In this document: piece by piece, positions 39,250 to 49,497 of the stretch
How positions within the stretch are numbered: the stretch's first letter is position 1
Layout: the number at the start of each line of letters is the position of its first letter
Notes under the pieces: generated by a model
Database searches by the model: none
The model's input: the letters and a program-made list of their open reading frames with translations, nothing else
Told to the model about the DNA's origin: nothing
Program-made: the position numbers and the translations under genes
Assembly (NCBI GenBank): GCA_002432635.1
Contig: DJFX01000047.1
Location: 146,555 to 210,554 of the forward strand
Source: Halothiobacillaceae bacterium UBA5861
Lineage (GTDB): Bacteria > Pseudomonadota > Gammaproteobacteria > UBA5861
Length of the DNA stretch: 64,000 bases
Direction of reading: 5' to 3'

Positions 39250-39825
39250 ATGGAAAACCACAAATTAAGCAATAAAAAAATAGTATTAAGCTTATCTTTG
39301 GCCGCCATCGTTATGTTCGGCTTTGGATTCGCTCTAGCCCCTCTGTATCAACTGATCTGCTCTGTTACCGGTCTTAACAGCATTGGCGGAACAATTGACG
39401 CCAGAAAAACAATTTCAGATTACAAAAACATTGATCAGACGCTGTCAGAACGCAAAATTACGCTACAGCTCGACACAACCTTGGAGAAAGGCCTCGACTG
39501 GCAATTCAAGCCTGTCGAGAAACAATTAAAAGTGCAAGTGGGTGAAGTAAGTCAAACGAGCTTTATTTTCACTAATACATTCGACTATCCAGTCGTCACT
39601 CAGGCGGTTCCCAGTGTTACTCCTTGGCAAGCGGCTGAACACATCAAAAAAATAGAGTGCTTTTGTTTCAATCAACAAACATTGGCGGCAGGCGAAAATA
39701 AAGTCATGCCACTCACCTTTGTAATTGACCCAGACTTACCCAAAGATATAAAAACAGTCACTTTATCTTATACCTTAATGGCTGTTGACAACAAAATTGC
39801 TGAAAACACAAAACAAAATTTTTAA
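39250..39825 (+). CDS. ctaG: Cytochrome c oxidase assembly protein CtaG/Cox11
   Basis: Single TM helix, then the conserved copper-binding CFCF motif (IECFCFNQQTL). The start is chosen at the internal Met, MENHK. Confidence 0.8.
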   Translation: MENHKLSNKKIVLSLSLAAIVMFGFGFALAPLYQLICSVTGLNSIGGTIDARKTISDYKNIDQTLSERKITLQLDTTLEKGLDWQFKPVEKQLKVQVGEVSQTSFIFTNTFDYPVVTQAVPSVTPWQAAEHIKKIECFCFNQQTLAAGENKVMPLTFVIDPDLPKDIKTVTLSYTLMAVDNKIAENTKQNF

Positions 39826-39855
39826 TAATCTAAAGTAAAGCATGATGAAGGATAA

Positions 39856-40731
39856 ATGATTATGAGTACTGCGAGTGACCAATATTACGTTCCAGAAGGC
39901 AGCCACTGGCCAATCATTGCAGCAGGCGGTGTCTTTGTACTGTTTATTGGGTTTGCCTTCTGGATGAACGGTGTTGGAGCAGGAAAGATATTCTCAGTGG
40001 TAGGTACATTGATCACCGTTTACCTGTTTTACGGATGGTTTAAAAGCGTGATCCATGAAAGCTTATCCGGAAAATATAATACACAGGTTGACTCCTCCTT
40101 CCGACAAGGGATGATGTGGTTTATTACCTCCGAAGTTGCATTTTTTGCAGTGCTTTTTGGTGCGCTTGCTTACTTCCGGATAATTACCCTTCCCTATCTC
40201 GGCGGCGAAGGGTTTTTAGCAAATTCCCACCTGCTATGGCCGGAGTTTGATGCAACGTGGCCCATTTTGACACCGCCCAACCCCGAAGCTTACCCACCAA
40301 CAGAAGCAATGGGGCCCATGGGCATCCCTCTATTAAATACCATCCTACTGTTAACGAGCGGCGCAACTATCACATGGGCTCATCATGGGCTCAAACATAA
40401 TAATCAGAAAGTACTCGTTGTTGGTTTAATTCTCACCATTGCACTTGGTGCAACGTTCATGGGGTTTCAGGCTTACGAGTATTACCATGCGTATCATGCT
40501 CTGAATTTAACGCTTAATTCAGGGGTATACGGATCAACGTTTTATATTCTGACAGGCTTTCATGGGCTTCACGTCACCATTGGCACAATCATGCTGATAT
40601 TCATTGCCATACGAAGCGCACAGGGACACTTCACACCAGAAAAACACTTCGCTTTCGAAGGGGTAGCGTGGTATTGGCACTTTGTCGATGTTGTCTGGAT
40701 TGGACTTTACATTTTTGTGTACTGGTTATAA
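39856..40731 (+). CDS. coxC: Cytochrome c oxidase subunit III
   Basis: 291 aa, 7 TM helices, conserved HFVDVVW C-terminal motif. Confidence 0.9.
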   Translation: MIMSTASDQYYVPEGSHWPIIAAGGVFVLFIGFAFWMNGVGAGKIFSVVGTLITVYLFYGWFKSVIHESLSGKYNTQVDSSFRQGMMWFITSEVAFFAVLFGALAYFRIITLPYLGGEGFLANSHLLWPEFDATWPILTPPNPEAYPPTEAMGPMGIPLLNTILLLTSGATITWAHHGLKHNNQKVLVVGLILTIALGATFMGFQAYEYYHAYHALNLTLNSGVYGSTFYILTGFHGLHVTIGTIMLIFIAIRSAQGHFTPEKHFAFEGVAWYWHFVDVVWIGLYIFVYWL

Positions 40732-40774
40732 GCCCATACATCCTGCAGAATTTGTTTATAAAACCCGTTCAGGG

Positions 40775-40987
40775 TTAAAAAGGGTTAGGACTGATTAAAC
40801 CCATGAAATAACCACTGATCACCATAACTATCAAGCAAATGGATAAGGCAACTCTTAGCTTTAATGAGGTTAAAACGCGGTTGCCCCCTTGCTTATCCCT
40901 GGAAAGGAAAAAAGCACCCGAAAAAAGGCTGATCAAAATCAGTACTAAATTGATAACAATAAGAGATTTAAACAACACAAATAGCAC
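40775..40987 (-). CDS. DUF2909 twin-transmembrane small protein
   Basis: 70 aa with two hydrophobic helices. It lies antisense to the rest of the cox cluster between coxC and surf1. This placement recurs in aa3 oxidase loci. Confidence 0.5.
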   Translation of the reverse strand: MLFVLFKSLIVINLVLILISLFSGAFFLSRDKQGGNRVLTSLKLRVALSICLIVMVISGYFMGLISPNPF

Positions 40988-41095
40988 CTACGTTTTATGA
41001 GTGCGATACGCACGAACTCAACAGTATATGTGATCTGTCCATGCTTGATAAGGCAAGGTCACTCCTTTTGACCACACGGGTAACACCAACCTTTC

Positions 41096-41863
41096 ATGCC
41101 TTCATCAACGACCAAACAGTTTTCCATGCCCAAATGGGCGCTGCCTACTTTAGCAGTTATCATGATTGCTATATTCACTTATCTGGGTTTTTGGCAACTT
41201 GATCGAGCACGAGAAAGGCAAAGTGATTTCGAAGCCAAAAAAGCGCAACTCGAACAAAAAACATTAGTCCTAAAACAAGGTGACGACTTAGACACCTTAA
41301 AACCCTATCAACAGGTATCCGTAGAGGGGAGGTTAATTCCATCCAGCACAATCTTACTGGATAATGCCATTTTGAATGGACGTGCGGGCTATCAAGTGGT
41401 AACAGCTTTTAAGCCTGATGTGCTGCCCTTATACATCCCCGTCAAAAGAGGCTGGCTACCCAGCACAGGCGACAGAAACCGCCCCCCCACCGTTAACACA
41501 CCTCAACACACAATAACTTTAACAGGACACATCACCCTGTTTCCTGAAAAACCACTTTTCTTTTCAGACAGAAATCTAGCAAGCCACCACCATGCAGAAG
41601 CCCCTCCAGTTTGGCTCTACTTCGATTCAACCGAGTTTTCCCAACGCCTAGCACTTCCGCTAGCACCATTCATACTGCTTGCTAGCCCTGATCAACCCGG
41701 GGCTTTCCAAGTCTCCCCCCCTTCGCTTGAGTCCAAACAAGGCATGCACATAGGTTATGCCATACAATGGTTTGCATTTGCTGTTTTTGTCATCATCCTC
41801 TCTTTTGGCGCATTTTTTAAACAACGCCATAAGAAAGAGGTACACAAACCAATTGATAGGTAA
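41096..41863 (+). CDS. surf1: SURF1-family cytochrome oxidase assembly protein
   Basis: N- and C-terminal TM helices flanking a periplasmic domain. Conserved GFWQLDR near the N-terminus. Confidence 0.8.
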   Translation: MPSSTTKQFSMPKWALPTLAVIMIAIFTYLGFWQLDRARERQSDFEAKKAQLEQKTLVLKQGDDLDTLKPYQQVSVEGRLIPSSTILLDNAILNGRAGYQVVTAFKPDVLPLYIPVKRGWLPSTGDRNRPPTVNTPQHTITLTGHITLFPEKPLFFSDRNLASHHHAEAPPVWLYFDSTEFSQRLALPLAPFILLASPDQPGAFQVSPPSLESKQGMHIGYAIQWFAFAVFVIILSFGAFFKQRHKKEVHKPIDR

Positions 41864-41867
41864 ACGT

Positions 41868-42476
41868 GTGGATACATCAGAAAAAGATCAACTCATTAGA
41901 AAAATACCGTGGCCAGTGCTGATTATGATCGTCGTGTTTGGAGTGCCTTACCTATTCACCTGGTACCTTATTTCCAGCGATGACCCCATTTTTTTCAAAA
42001 AAGGCCAAAGTAATGGCCAGCTTATCCAGCCGCCGCGTGCATTGAAAGAGGCCCACTACACAACACTATCAGGAAGAGATTTCGGCCCCAAAAGTTTTAC
42101 TGGGAAATGGACTTTACTCAGCATCTATGAACAGGCATGTGATGAGCGTTGCCAGCAACAGACGTACCTCACTCGACAAGTCCGCCTGGCCACTGGCTCA
42201 GACATGCGCGAGGTACAACGCGTGCTCATTATCACCACACCTCAAAATATTGAAACCCTGAAAAAACAATTTGACGAACATAAAGATCTCACGGTTTTGA
42301 CAGGCCCTGCACAAGCCTTAACGGAACTGAATGAAGCATTAGAAGAAAACACAGAGTCACCTTTCAACCATTTATACATCATAGACCCCAGAGGTCATGT
42401 AATGATGAAATATCCCGCCAATTTCGAAGGCAAACTAATACTTGAAGATCTGGAAATTTTACTTGCTGGATCCTAA
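41868..42476 (+). CDS. SCO1/SenC-like thioredoxin-fold copper chaperone (putative; GTG start after the surf1 stop)
   Basis: The part of track ORF 41757.. that overlaps surf1 is rejected. The remainder has one TM helix, a CxxxC motif (CDERC) and HLYIIDPRGHV, which resembles the SCO H...YLIDPDG motif. Confidence 0.5.
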   Translation: MDTSEKDQLIRKIPWPVLIMIVVFGVPYLFTWYLISSDDPIFFKKGQSNGQLIQPPRALKEAHYTTLSGRDFGPKSFTGKWTLLSIYEQACDERCQQQTYLTRQVRLATGSDMREVQRVLIITTPQNIETLKKQFDEHKDLTVLTGPAQALTELNEALEENTESPFNHLYIIDPRGHVMMKYPANFEGKLILEDLEILLAGS

Positions 42477-42655
42477 GAAAGACTGAGCGCTGATATTTTG
42501 CAGCCCTTTACACCCTGTGTATAATCACGCAGAATTGGTAGACAAAATAATGACAACAGGCTGCAACAGACAAAACCGGCCAATAAAAACACTACAACAA
42601 TAAAAACCCATATTAAAACTCAGTGCCGGGGTAAGCCTATTATGAAGGCCTCAGT

Positions 42656-43546
42656 ATGAATAATCTTGCCCTAAGTAAAAGTGACTCCTCTTCGTTGGCT
42701 CAATACTTTGAGCTGTGTAAACCTAATGTTGTATCCCTGATTGTTTTTACAGCCATCGTAGGTATGCTGCTTTCCACGGAGGGCTCCATTGCCATCAACT
42801 TACTTATCTTCGGCAGCATTGGTATTGCGCTGGGCTCTGCAGCAGGTGCGGCTATCAACCACGTCATTGATCAAAAAATAGACACGGTCATGGACAGAAC
42901 CATGGCCCGGCCAATCCCAACCGGCGCTATCTCTACAAAGAATGCTCTGATCTTTGCCGCAATACTGGCTATTTCATCAATGGTGATTCTATCAACACTG
43001 GTCAACCTCTTAACCGCTTTCCTAACCTTTTTATCCATGATCGGCTACGCGTTTATCTATACCGTGTATTTAAAGCGCACAACACCACACAATATTGTTT
43101 TAGGCGGAGCGGCCGGTGCGACTCCACCTCTCCTAGGATGGTGCGCCATGACGGGCACAGTCACCATCGAAGCCATTTTGTTATTTGTCATTATTTTCAT
43201 ATGGACGCCGCCACATTTCTGGCCATTGGCGATCAAACGCCGAGACGACTACAAACGTGCAGGGCTTCCCATGCTACCCGTCACCCATGGCATCGCCTTT
43301 ACAAAGCAACAGATCCTGCTCTACACCTTTCTATTATTCGCCGTCACTTTACTCCCTTATTCCATTGCAATGAGCGGGTTGATTTACCTGGCCAGTGCGG
43401 TCTTTCTTGGCTTGGGATTTATATATCATGCCATCAAGCTTTACCGCTCAGAGGATGACTCACATGCTATGCAGACATTTGGCTATTCTATTGTCTACCT
43501 ATTCGGACTATTCGCAGCACTATTAGCTGATCACTATCTACTCTGA
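42656..43546 (+). CDS. ctaB: Protoheme IX farnesyltransferase (heme O synthase)
   Basis: 296 aa UbiA-family prenyltransferase with multiple TM helices and an NHVIDQKIDTVMDRT motif. Confidence 0.85.
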   Translation: MNNLALSKSDSSSLAQYFELCKPNVVSLIVFTAIVGMLLSTEGSIAINLLIFGSIGIALGSAAGAAINHVIDQKIDTVMDRTMARPIPTGAISTKNALIFAAILAISSMVILSTLVNLLTAFLTFLSMIGYAFIYTVYLKRTTPHNIVLGGAAGATPPLLGWCAMTGTVTIEAILLFVIIFIWTPPHFWPLAIKRRDDYKRAGLPMLPVTHGIAFTKQQILLYTFLLFAVTLLPYSIAMSGLIYLASAVFLGLGFIYHAIKLYRSEDDSHAMQTFGYSIVYLFGLFAALLADHYLL

Positions 43547-43967
43547 TTATCAGCACGCTTCTTCACTTGCCTTGCCCTTCCCTGCAAGAATGGCTTAAAA
43601 ATGCGGCACAATCGCGGTAAGCTCAAATAATCATTTATGGACGGGTTAGAGTGAACCTGCTCAGCATACTGGCATGTGATTACATTGCAAAACGGCTTCG
43701 GCCAACTATGTATTTTGGGGCCTAATGGGCTTGTTTTTTCACCCCTTCGCAATCCCGCTTGCCTTAACCGCCAAATTCTGTCCGTAAAAGCCGAACTACT
43801 CGACTCAAAACACATACCTAAATCTGTTTTCTAATGCCTTGGAAAGACTGAATTTTAAATACAGTACAAGCCATTGCTCTGTTTCGCCAATATCCCTTTT
43901 TCATTCGAGGCACAAAGGCGCATAATTAAAAATAAAAAAACAATCATTTGGGAAAAGAGGAGCCATC

Positions 43968-45125
43968 ATGCAACAAACGCCGTATCATCCATTTGGATTA
44001 GACCCAGAACACCTTGAGTTCAAAAATCATTTTCGCCGATTTGTTCAAAACGAACTCGCAGGAATCGCTGAGCAAGCCGACCAAGAAGGCCGATTTCCCA
44101 CAGAAATTTACCCACTGCTCAAAGAGCAGGGTTACTTGGGTATTGGCTTTCCTGAGGCCGTCGGTGGCAGTGGTGGTGATTTAGTCACTGCCAGTATTTT
44201 TTACGAAGAACTCACCCGTGCCTCAGCCGGTGTCTCTGCCGGCGTCTTTGCCCACCAACACCTCGCTTGCGGACCTTTGGCGCGCTTTGGAACAGACGAA
44301 CAAAAAAGCACTTTTTTTGACCCAGCTATCCGTGGAGAAAAAATTGGCTGCTTCGGCCTCACCGAGCCCGATGCAGGCAGCGATATCCGTGGGATGAAAA
44401 CAACCGCGCGTCAAGACGGCGACCACTACATCATCAATGGCAGCAAACTCTATATCACCAATGGTACTATTGCGGACTTCATACTCGTCGCGGCACGCAC
44501 AGGGGAAGCACGAGACAGGCAAGGCATCTCTATGTTTATCGTTGAGACGTCCGCTCCCGGGTTTCAATCCCAACTGCTGGATAAAGTCGGTAACAACTCA
44601 TCTTCAACCGCACTCATCACGCTCGACAATATTACTGTCTCTAAAGACCGTCTGCTTGGCCCTGAAGGCAAGGGGCTCTCTCAATTAAAAGAAACACTAA
44701 CAGATGGCCGTATCCTTGTTGCAAGCCGCGGACTGGGCATTGGCCAAGAGGCCATGGAACTCATTCTTGACTATGCCAAGCAACGCAAAGCGTTTGGCCA
44801 AACCATAGGGAAATTTGAAGGCGTCGCCTTCAAAGTCGCCGAGATGGCAGCCAAAGCCGATGCCGCCCGACTCATGATCTACCGTGCAGCCCGTATACGT
44901 ATGGCCGGAGAAGATGGATCCAAAGAAGCCTCAATGGCCAAATTACTGGCCAGTGAACTCGCCGTGTCAGCCGCCACTCAATCCTTGCTTTTACACGGGG
45001 GCGCAGGCTACATGGAAAGCATGAAAATTGCCCGACTGTTCAGGGACGCGCCTGAAGCTTGGATTGGCGAAGGGACAAATGAAATTCAGTTACTAGTTAT
45101 TTCCAAACATCTGGGCTTGCTATAA
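43968..45125 (+). CDS. Acyl-CoA dehydrogenase (canonical)
   Basis: 385 aa. Canonical C-terminal IGEGTNEIQ motif with the catalytic Glu present. Confidence 0.85.
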   Translation: MQQTPYHPFGLDPEHLEFKNHFRRFVQNELAGIAEQADQEGRFPTEIYPLLKEQGYLGIGFPEAVGGSGGDLVTASIFYEELTRASAGVSAGVFAHQHLACGPLARFGTDEQKSTFFDPAIRGEKIGCFGLTEPDAGSDIRGMKTTARQDGDHYIINGSKLYITNGTIADFILVAARTGEARDRQGISMFIVETSAPGFQSQLLDKVGNNSSSTALITLDNITVSKDRLLGPEGKGLSQLKETLTDGRILVASRGLGIGQEAMELILDYAKQRKAFGQTIGKFEGVAFKVAEMAAKADAARLMIYRAARIRMAGEDGSKEASMAKLLASELAVSAATQSLLLHGGAGYMESMKIARLFRDAPEAWIGEGTNEIQLLVISKHLGLL

Positions 45126-45241
45126 CACAATAAAAACCATCACCAGGGACAGCATATACGAGCCTCTTCAACATAAAATTCAAACTATATGTAATGCCAT
45201 CACACGGGCCAGTGTAACCAAGCATACAGTTAGGAAACCAC

Positions 45242-46150
45242 ATGAACGACAAGACACACCATCATATTCACCTATGCCAATGGGGCAGCGATGACCAACT
45301 TGGCGCAGCCAACTACATTACCCCGGAAAAGCGGGTGGCCGCCATGCACTCAGTTCGTCAGGGAAAAACATTTGACCTCAGCCGTGAAATTAAAATTGGT
45401 GTGCCCAATATTAAGCGCATTCAACCGCAATACGCCATGTCGATGTGGATCAACGCCGAATACGGGCTACGTGCCCAAAAAAATACCCCATTCACCAATG
45501 AATGTGGCTCCAATATCGAGCACATTAATATGACACTGCATACCGGTACTCACATTGATGCTTTGGGCCACATTACTATTGGTGACCGAATGTACAACAA
45601 CCGTCGTACTCACAATACCTTGGGTAACGGGGGGCTCAGAGAATTGGGGGCCGAAAAAATTCCGGCACTCATTACGCGCGGTGTCTGCATTGATGCAAGC
45701 CATCTCGATGGTGGTGATCACCTGGCAGCAGGGCGCGTCATCACACGCGAAGAGATCAAAGCCTTATTAGCCCAACAAAATACAACATTAACCACAGGTG
45801 ATATCCTCCTCATCCGGACAGGCTGGGGAAAATTTTTTGCCAAAGACAACGACAAATACCTGGCCGGTGAACCAGGAATTGGTGAAGATGCGGCCGAGTG
45901 GATCATTGCTCAGCAGGTCAGTGCAATCGGATCAGATAATATGGCTGTTGAAGTGTTACCAGCAGAAAACTCTAAAAAAGATATGCCCGTACACCAACAA
46001 GCGCTTGTGGAAGCCGGTGTTTACCTGATCGAAAATCTGGACCTGGACGAACTGTGCGCCGCCCAAGTTCATACCTTTTGTTTTTTACTGCTCCCAGTTA
46101 AATTTAAGGGTGCAACAGGCTGCCCCGTCCGACCAACCGCTGTGATATAA
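45242..46150 (+). CDS. Cyclase-family protein (kynurenine formamidase-like metal hydrolase)
   Basis: HTGTHIDALGH matches the HxGTHxDxPxH cyclase motif. Confidence 0.7.
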   Translation: MNDKTHHHIHLCQWGSDDQLGAANYITPEKRVAAMHSVRQGKTFDLSREIKIGVPNIKRIQPQYAMSMWINAEYGLRAQKNTPFTNECGSNIEHINMTLHTGTHIDALGHITIGDRMYNNRRTHNTLGNGGLRELGAEKIPALITRGVCIDASHLDGGDHLAAGRVITREEIKALLAQQNTTLTTGDILLIRTGWGKFFAKDNDKYLAGEPGIGEDAAEWIIAQQVSAIGSDNMAVEVLPAENSKKDMPVHQQALVEAGVYLIENLDLDELCAAQVHTFCFLLLPVKFKGATGCPVRPTAVI

Positions 46151-46207
46151 CATAGACAAGTCACAAACTTCTGGTACCATAAAAACACATGAAGTGGAGA
46201 CGCTTGG

Positions 46208-46651
46208 ATGTATAAAAAGATACTGCTCGCATTTGATGGAACCTCACAAGGCCGTGCAGCGCTCAGGCAAGGCGCTGATATTGCGGAAACGATGGGATCT
46301 GTAACCCACTTACTTGCAGTGATGCAGCTACCCGCCAGTAGCCAGTGGTCTGAAGGCTACATTCCTGATGCCTTTTTCGAAGAAGAAAAAAAGCGCGTCG
46401 AAGCGGTCTTAGAAGAAGGGGTCGGGCTGCTTAAAGCGCGTGGGTTAGACACCCAAGGGCATCTTGAATCCGGCAACCCAACTGACCGTATTGTCCACAT
46501 TGCAAAACAGGAAAACACCGACCTCATTGTAATCGGCCATAGTGAAAAAGGCCCGTTGGCCCGTTGGTGGCAGGGCTCCGTTGGAAACTCACTGCTTAAT
46601 CAAGCACCCTGTAGCTTTCTCATTGCCATTCCGAAGGCTGATCACGCATAA
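46208..46651 (+). CDS. Universal stress protein UspA family
   Basis: 147 aa. Usp ATP-binding motif context (IVIGHSEKGPLARWWQGSV). Confidence 0.8.
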   Translation: MYKKILLAFDGTSQGRAALRQGADIAETMGSVTHLLAVMQLPASSQWSEGYIPDAFFEEEKKRVEAVLEEGVGLLKARGLDTQGHLESGNPTDRIVHIAKQENTDLIVIGHSEKGPLARWWQGSVGNSLLNQAPCSFLIAIPKADHA

Positions 46652-46842
46652 CCTGACTGGAAAAACGTACTGTGGCCCGTTTTCTGGCTAAATACACCAA
46701 ACAACGGCTTTATCCGCCTTGAATGATGACATTGATCCAAGCCTAATCTGCATGAAATAGGCAGTGGTCTGGTAAAATACTTGGCAGTCCGTCCTATACT
46801 CTAGGCAAAAATATTCAATGCCACCCCCATCAAGAGAAAACC

Positions 46843-48306
46843 ATGATGCGACGAACCAAGATAGTAGCAACACTCGGACCGGCGACAGATAACCCCGACA
46901 CCATTGCAGAAATCATCAAAAATGGCGTCGATGTCGTGCGCTTAAATTTTTCTCACGGCAAACCCGATGAACACCGCCGCCGAGCTGAACAAGTCCGTCA
47001 CCATGCTGGCCTGCTCAAACGAACAGTGGGCATCCTCGGTGACCTGCAAGGTCCTAAAATCCGTATTACCCGCTTTAAGTCTGGGAAAATTACTCTTCAA
47101 AAAGGCGATGAATTTACGCTGGATGCGTCACTCGGTGACGAAGAAGGCACAGAAAAGCACGTAGGCCTGACGTACAAAAACCTGCCCAATGAAGTCTCCC
47201 CTGGCAACGTGTTTGTTTTGGATGATGGTCGCATAGTTTTGGAAGTCACTGCCATCAATGGTGACAAAATCCAAACGCAAACGCTGGTAGGCGGTGAACT
47301 GTCCAATAACAAGGGGATAAACCTCCGGGGTGGTGGGCTATCGGCGCCGGCGATTACTGAAAAGGATGAAAATGACATTCGTCTCGCTGCCGACATTGAC
47401 GTGGATTATCTTGCCGTTTCCTTTCCCCGTAACGCCGAAGATATCAACCATGCCCGTCAGTTACTGCGGGCAGCCGGCTGCTCTGCCGCCATCATGGCTA
47501 AAATTGAACGAGCAGAAGCATTGGAATTTATTGATGAAATCTTAGAAGCCTCTGATGCCATCATGGTCGCTCGCGGTGATCTGGGTGTTGAAATTGGTGA
47601 CCCGGAGCTGCCTGCCGTACAAAAAATGTTGATTGAGAAAACCCGGCTGGCCAATAAAGTGGTGCTGACTGCCACACAAATGATGGAATCGATGATTACA
47701 AACCCGACTCCAACTCGCGCCGAGGTATTCGATGTTGCTAACGCCGTCATAGATGGCACAGATGCCGTCATGCTGTCCGCGGAAACAGCTTCCGGAGCCT
47801 ACCCAGCCCGGGCCATTGAAGCCATGAGCCGTATTTGTCTCAGTGCCGAAAAGTCAAAGGACGTTCAACGCTCCCGGCACAGAATTGACACCGAGTTTAA
47901 GCACATTGATGAAGCGATTGGCATGGCAACCATGTATACCGCGAACCATCTGCGCGTCAAGGCGATTGCAGCCATGACAGAGTCGGGCTCCACCCCACTG
48001 TGGATGTCACGTATCAGCTCAGGTATCCCGATTTATGCTTTGACGCAACATAAAAAAACCCGACATCTGGTCACCCTCTATCGCGGCGTGTGCCCTATCC
48101 CGTTTAAACCCATTCAAGAAGATATGAACGATGCTATCCGGGATATTATTTCTCTCCTGGTCAATGAAGGCGTCATCACTGGGCCGGAAGACCGAATTAT
48201 CATTACGCGCGGTAATCTCATGGGTGTTGGCGGTGGCACCTCAACCATGATCATTATCAGAGTTGGCGATTGGATGCTTGAAAAGGTAACAGAAACAAAA
48301 TCATAA
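46843..48306 (+). CDS. pyk: Pyruvate kinase
   Basis: MMRRTKIVATLGPA N-terminus, with the barrel and C-terminal domain of PykA-type kinases. Confidence 0.9.
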   Translation: MMRRTKIVATLGPATDNPDTIAEIIKNGVDVVRLNFSHGKPDEHRRRAEQVRHHAGLLKRTVGILGDLQGPKIRITRFKSGKITLQKGDEFTLDASLGDEEGTEKHVGLTYKNLPNEVSPGNVFVLDDGRIVLEVTAINGDKIQTQTLVGGELSNNKGINLRGGGLSAPAITEKDENDIRLAADIDVDYLAVSFPRNAEDINHARQLLRAAGCSAAIMAKIERAEALEFIDEILEASDAIMVARGDLGVEIGDPELPAVQKMLIEKTRLANKVVLTATQMMESMITNPTPTRAEVFDVANAVIDGTDAVMLSAETASGAYPARAIEAMSRICLSAEKSKDVQRSRHRIDTEFKHIDEAIGMATMYTANHLRVKAIAAMTESGSTPLWMSRISSGIPIYALTQHKKTRHLVTLYRGVCPIPFKPIQEDMNDAIRDIISLLVNEGVITGPEDRIIITRGNLMGVGGGTSTMIIIRVGDWMLEKVTETKS

Positions 48307-48389
48307 TTTTGACGATAATCACGACTACCCCCCATGAGCAAGGTAAAATAAACGCCTGCTTCAGAATAAATTTTTAAGGGAGAAAAAAC

Positions 48390-49439
48390 ATGACTGATGT
48401 TGTTGGACTACTCGAAGGCGAAGCAGAGAGTCTGCTTGAATACCGTTGCACAGGCATTACCAAAGACAGCCTTTATCTACCCGGCGCTGACTTCGTTGAT
48501 CGTGTTGTCGCGGAGGGTGACCGCTCAGTTCCGGTTATGCGCGCAATGCAAACGCTGTTTAACGAGGGTCGTCTGGGCGGCACAGGTTATGTTTCCATTC
48601 TTCCAGTTGATCAAGGCATCGAACACTCAGCAGGCGCTTCCTTTGCGCCCAACCCCATCTATTTTGATCCCAAGAACATCGTTGAATTGGCTATCGAAGG
48701 TGGCTGTAACTGTGTTGCCTCAACACTGGGTGTACTCGGCTCAGTGGCGCGCAAATATGCGCACAAAATTCCCTTCATGGTGAAACTTAATCATAACGAA
48801 ATCTTAAGTTACCCTAATATTTACGACCAAACACTCTTTGCTCAAGTAGATCAGGCCTACAATATGGGCGCTGTCGCTGTTGGGGCCACAATTTACTTCG
48901 GCTCGCATGAATCCAGACGCCAAATTCAGGAAATCAGTGAAGCCTTTCAGCACGCTCATGAACTCGGTATGGCGACCGTTCTGTGGGCGTATTTACGTAA
49001 CAATGGGTTCAAGAAAGATGGCGTTGACTACCACACATCAGCCGACTTAACCGGGCAGGCTAACCACATCGCCTCAACCATTCAGGCCGATATCGTCAAA
49101 CAAAAAATGGCTGAAAACAACGGCGGGTATACTGCGATCAACTTCGGCAAGACCCATGACAAAGTCTATTCAGAGCTGACCACTGATCACCCCATTGACC
49201 TCGTCCGCTATCAAGTTGCCAATTGCTATATGGGGAGAGCCGGATTAATTAATTCAGGTGGCGCCTCGGGCAGTAACGACCTGGCACAAGCTGTTCGCAC
49301 AGCGGTGATCAATAAGCGCGCGGGTGGCATGGGCCTCATCTCAGGCCGAAAAGCTTTCCAGAAACCCATGGCAGAAGGCATTGAGATTTTGCACGCTATT
49401 CAAGATGTCTATCTCGACAACAGTGTCACGATTGCCTAG
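48390..49439 (+). CDS. fbaB: Class I fructose-bisphosphate aldolase (FbaB/DhnA type)
   Basis: 349 aa. The length and [10 protein letters not shown] region match E. coli FbaB-type class I aldolases. Confidence 0.7.
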   Translation: MTDVVGLLEGEAESLLEYRCTGITKDSLYLPGADFVDRVVAEGDRSVPVMRAMQTLFNEGRLGGTGYVSILPVDQGIEHSAGASFAPNPIYFDPKNIVELAIEGGCNCVASTLGVLGSVARKYAHKIPFMVKLNHNEILSYPNIYDQTLFAQVDQAYNMGAVAVGATIYFGSHESRRQIQEISEAFQHAHELGMATVLWAYLRNNGFKKDGVDYHTSADLTGQANHIASTIQADIVKQKMAENNGGYTAINFGKTHDKVYSELTTDHPIDLVRYQVANCYMGRAGLINSGGASGSNDLAQAVRTAVINKRAGGMGLISGRKAFQKPMAEGIEILHAIQDVYLDNSVTIA

Positions 49440-49497
49440 TTAAACGGACCCACAAGGCTTCAGATTACACCTTACACCGTCATCTGAGGCCTTTAGT

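Noticed and set aside
41757-41867. N-terminal part of track ORF 41757..42476 overlapping surf1
   Set aside because: It lies entirely inside the surf1 coding region in another frame. A GTG at 41868, just after the surf1 stop and with an AGG upstream, gives a plausible SCO-like protein.
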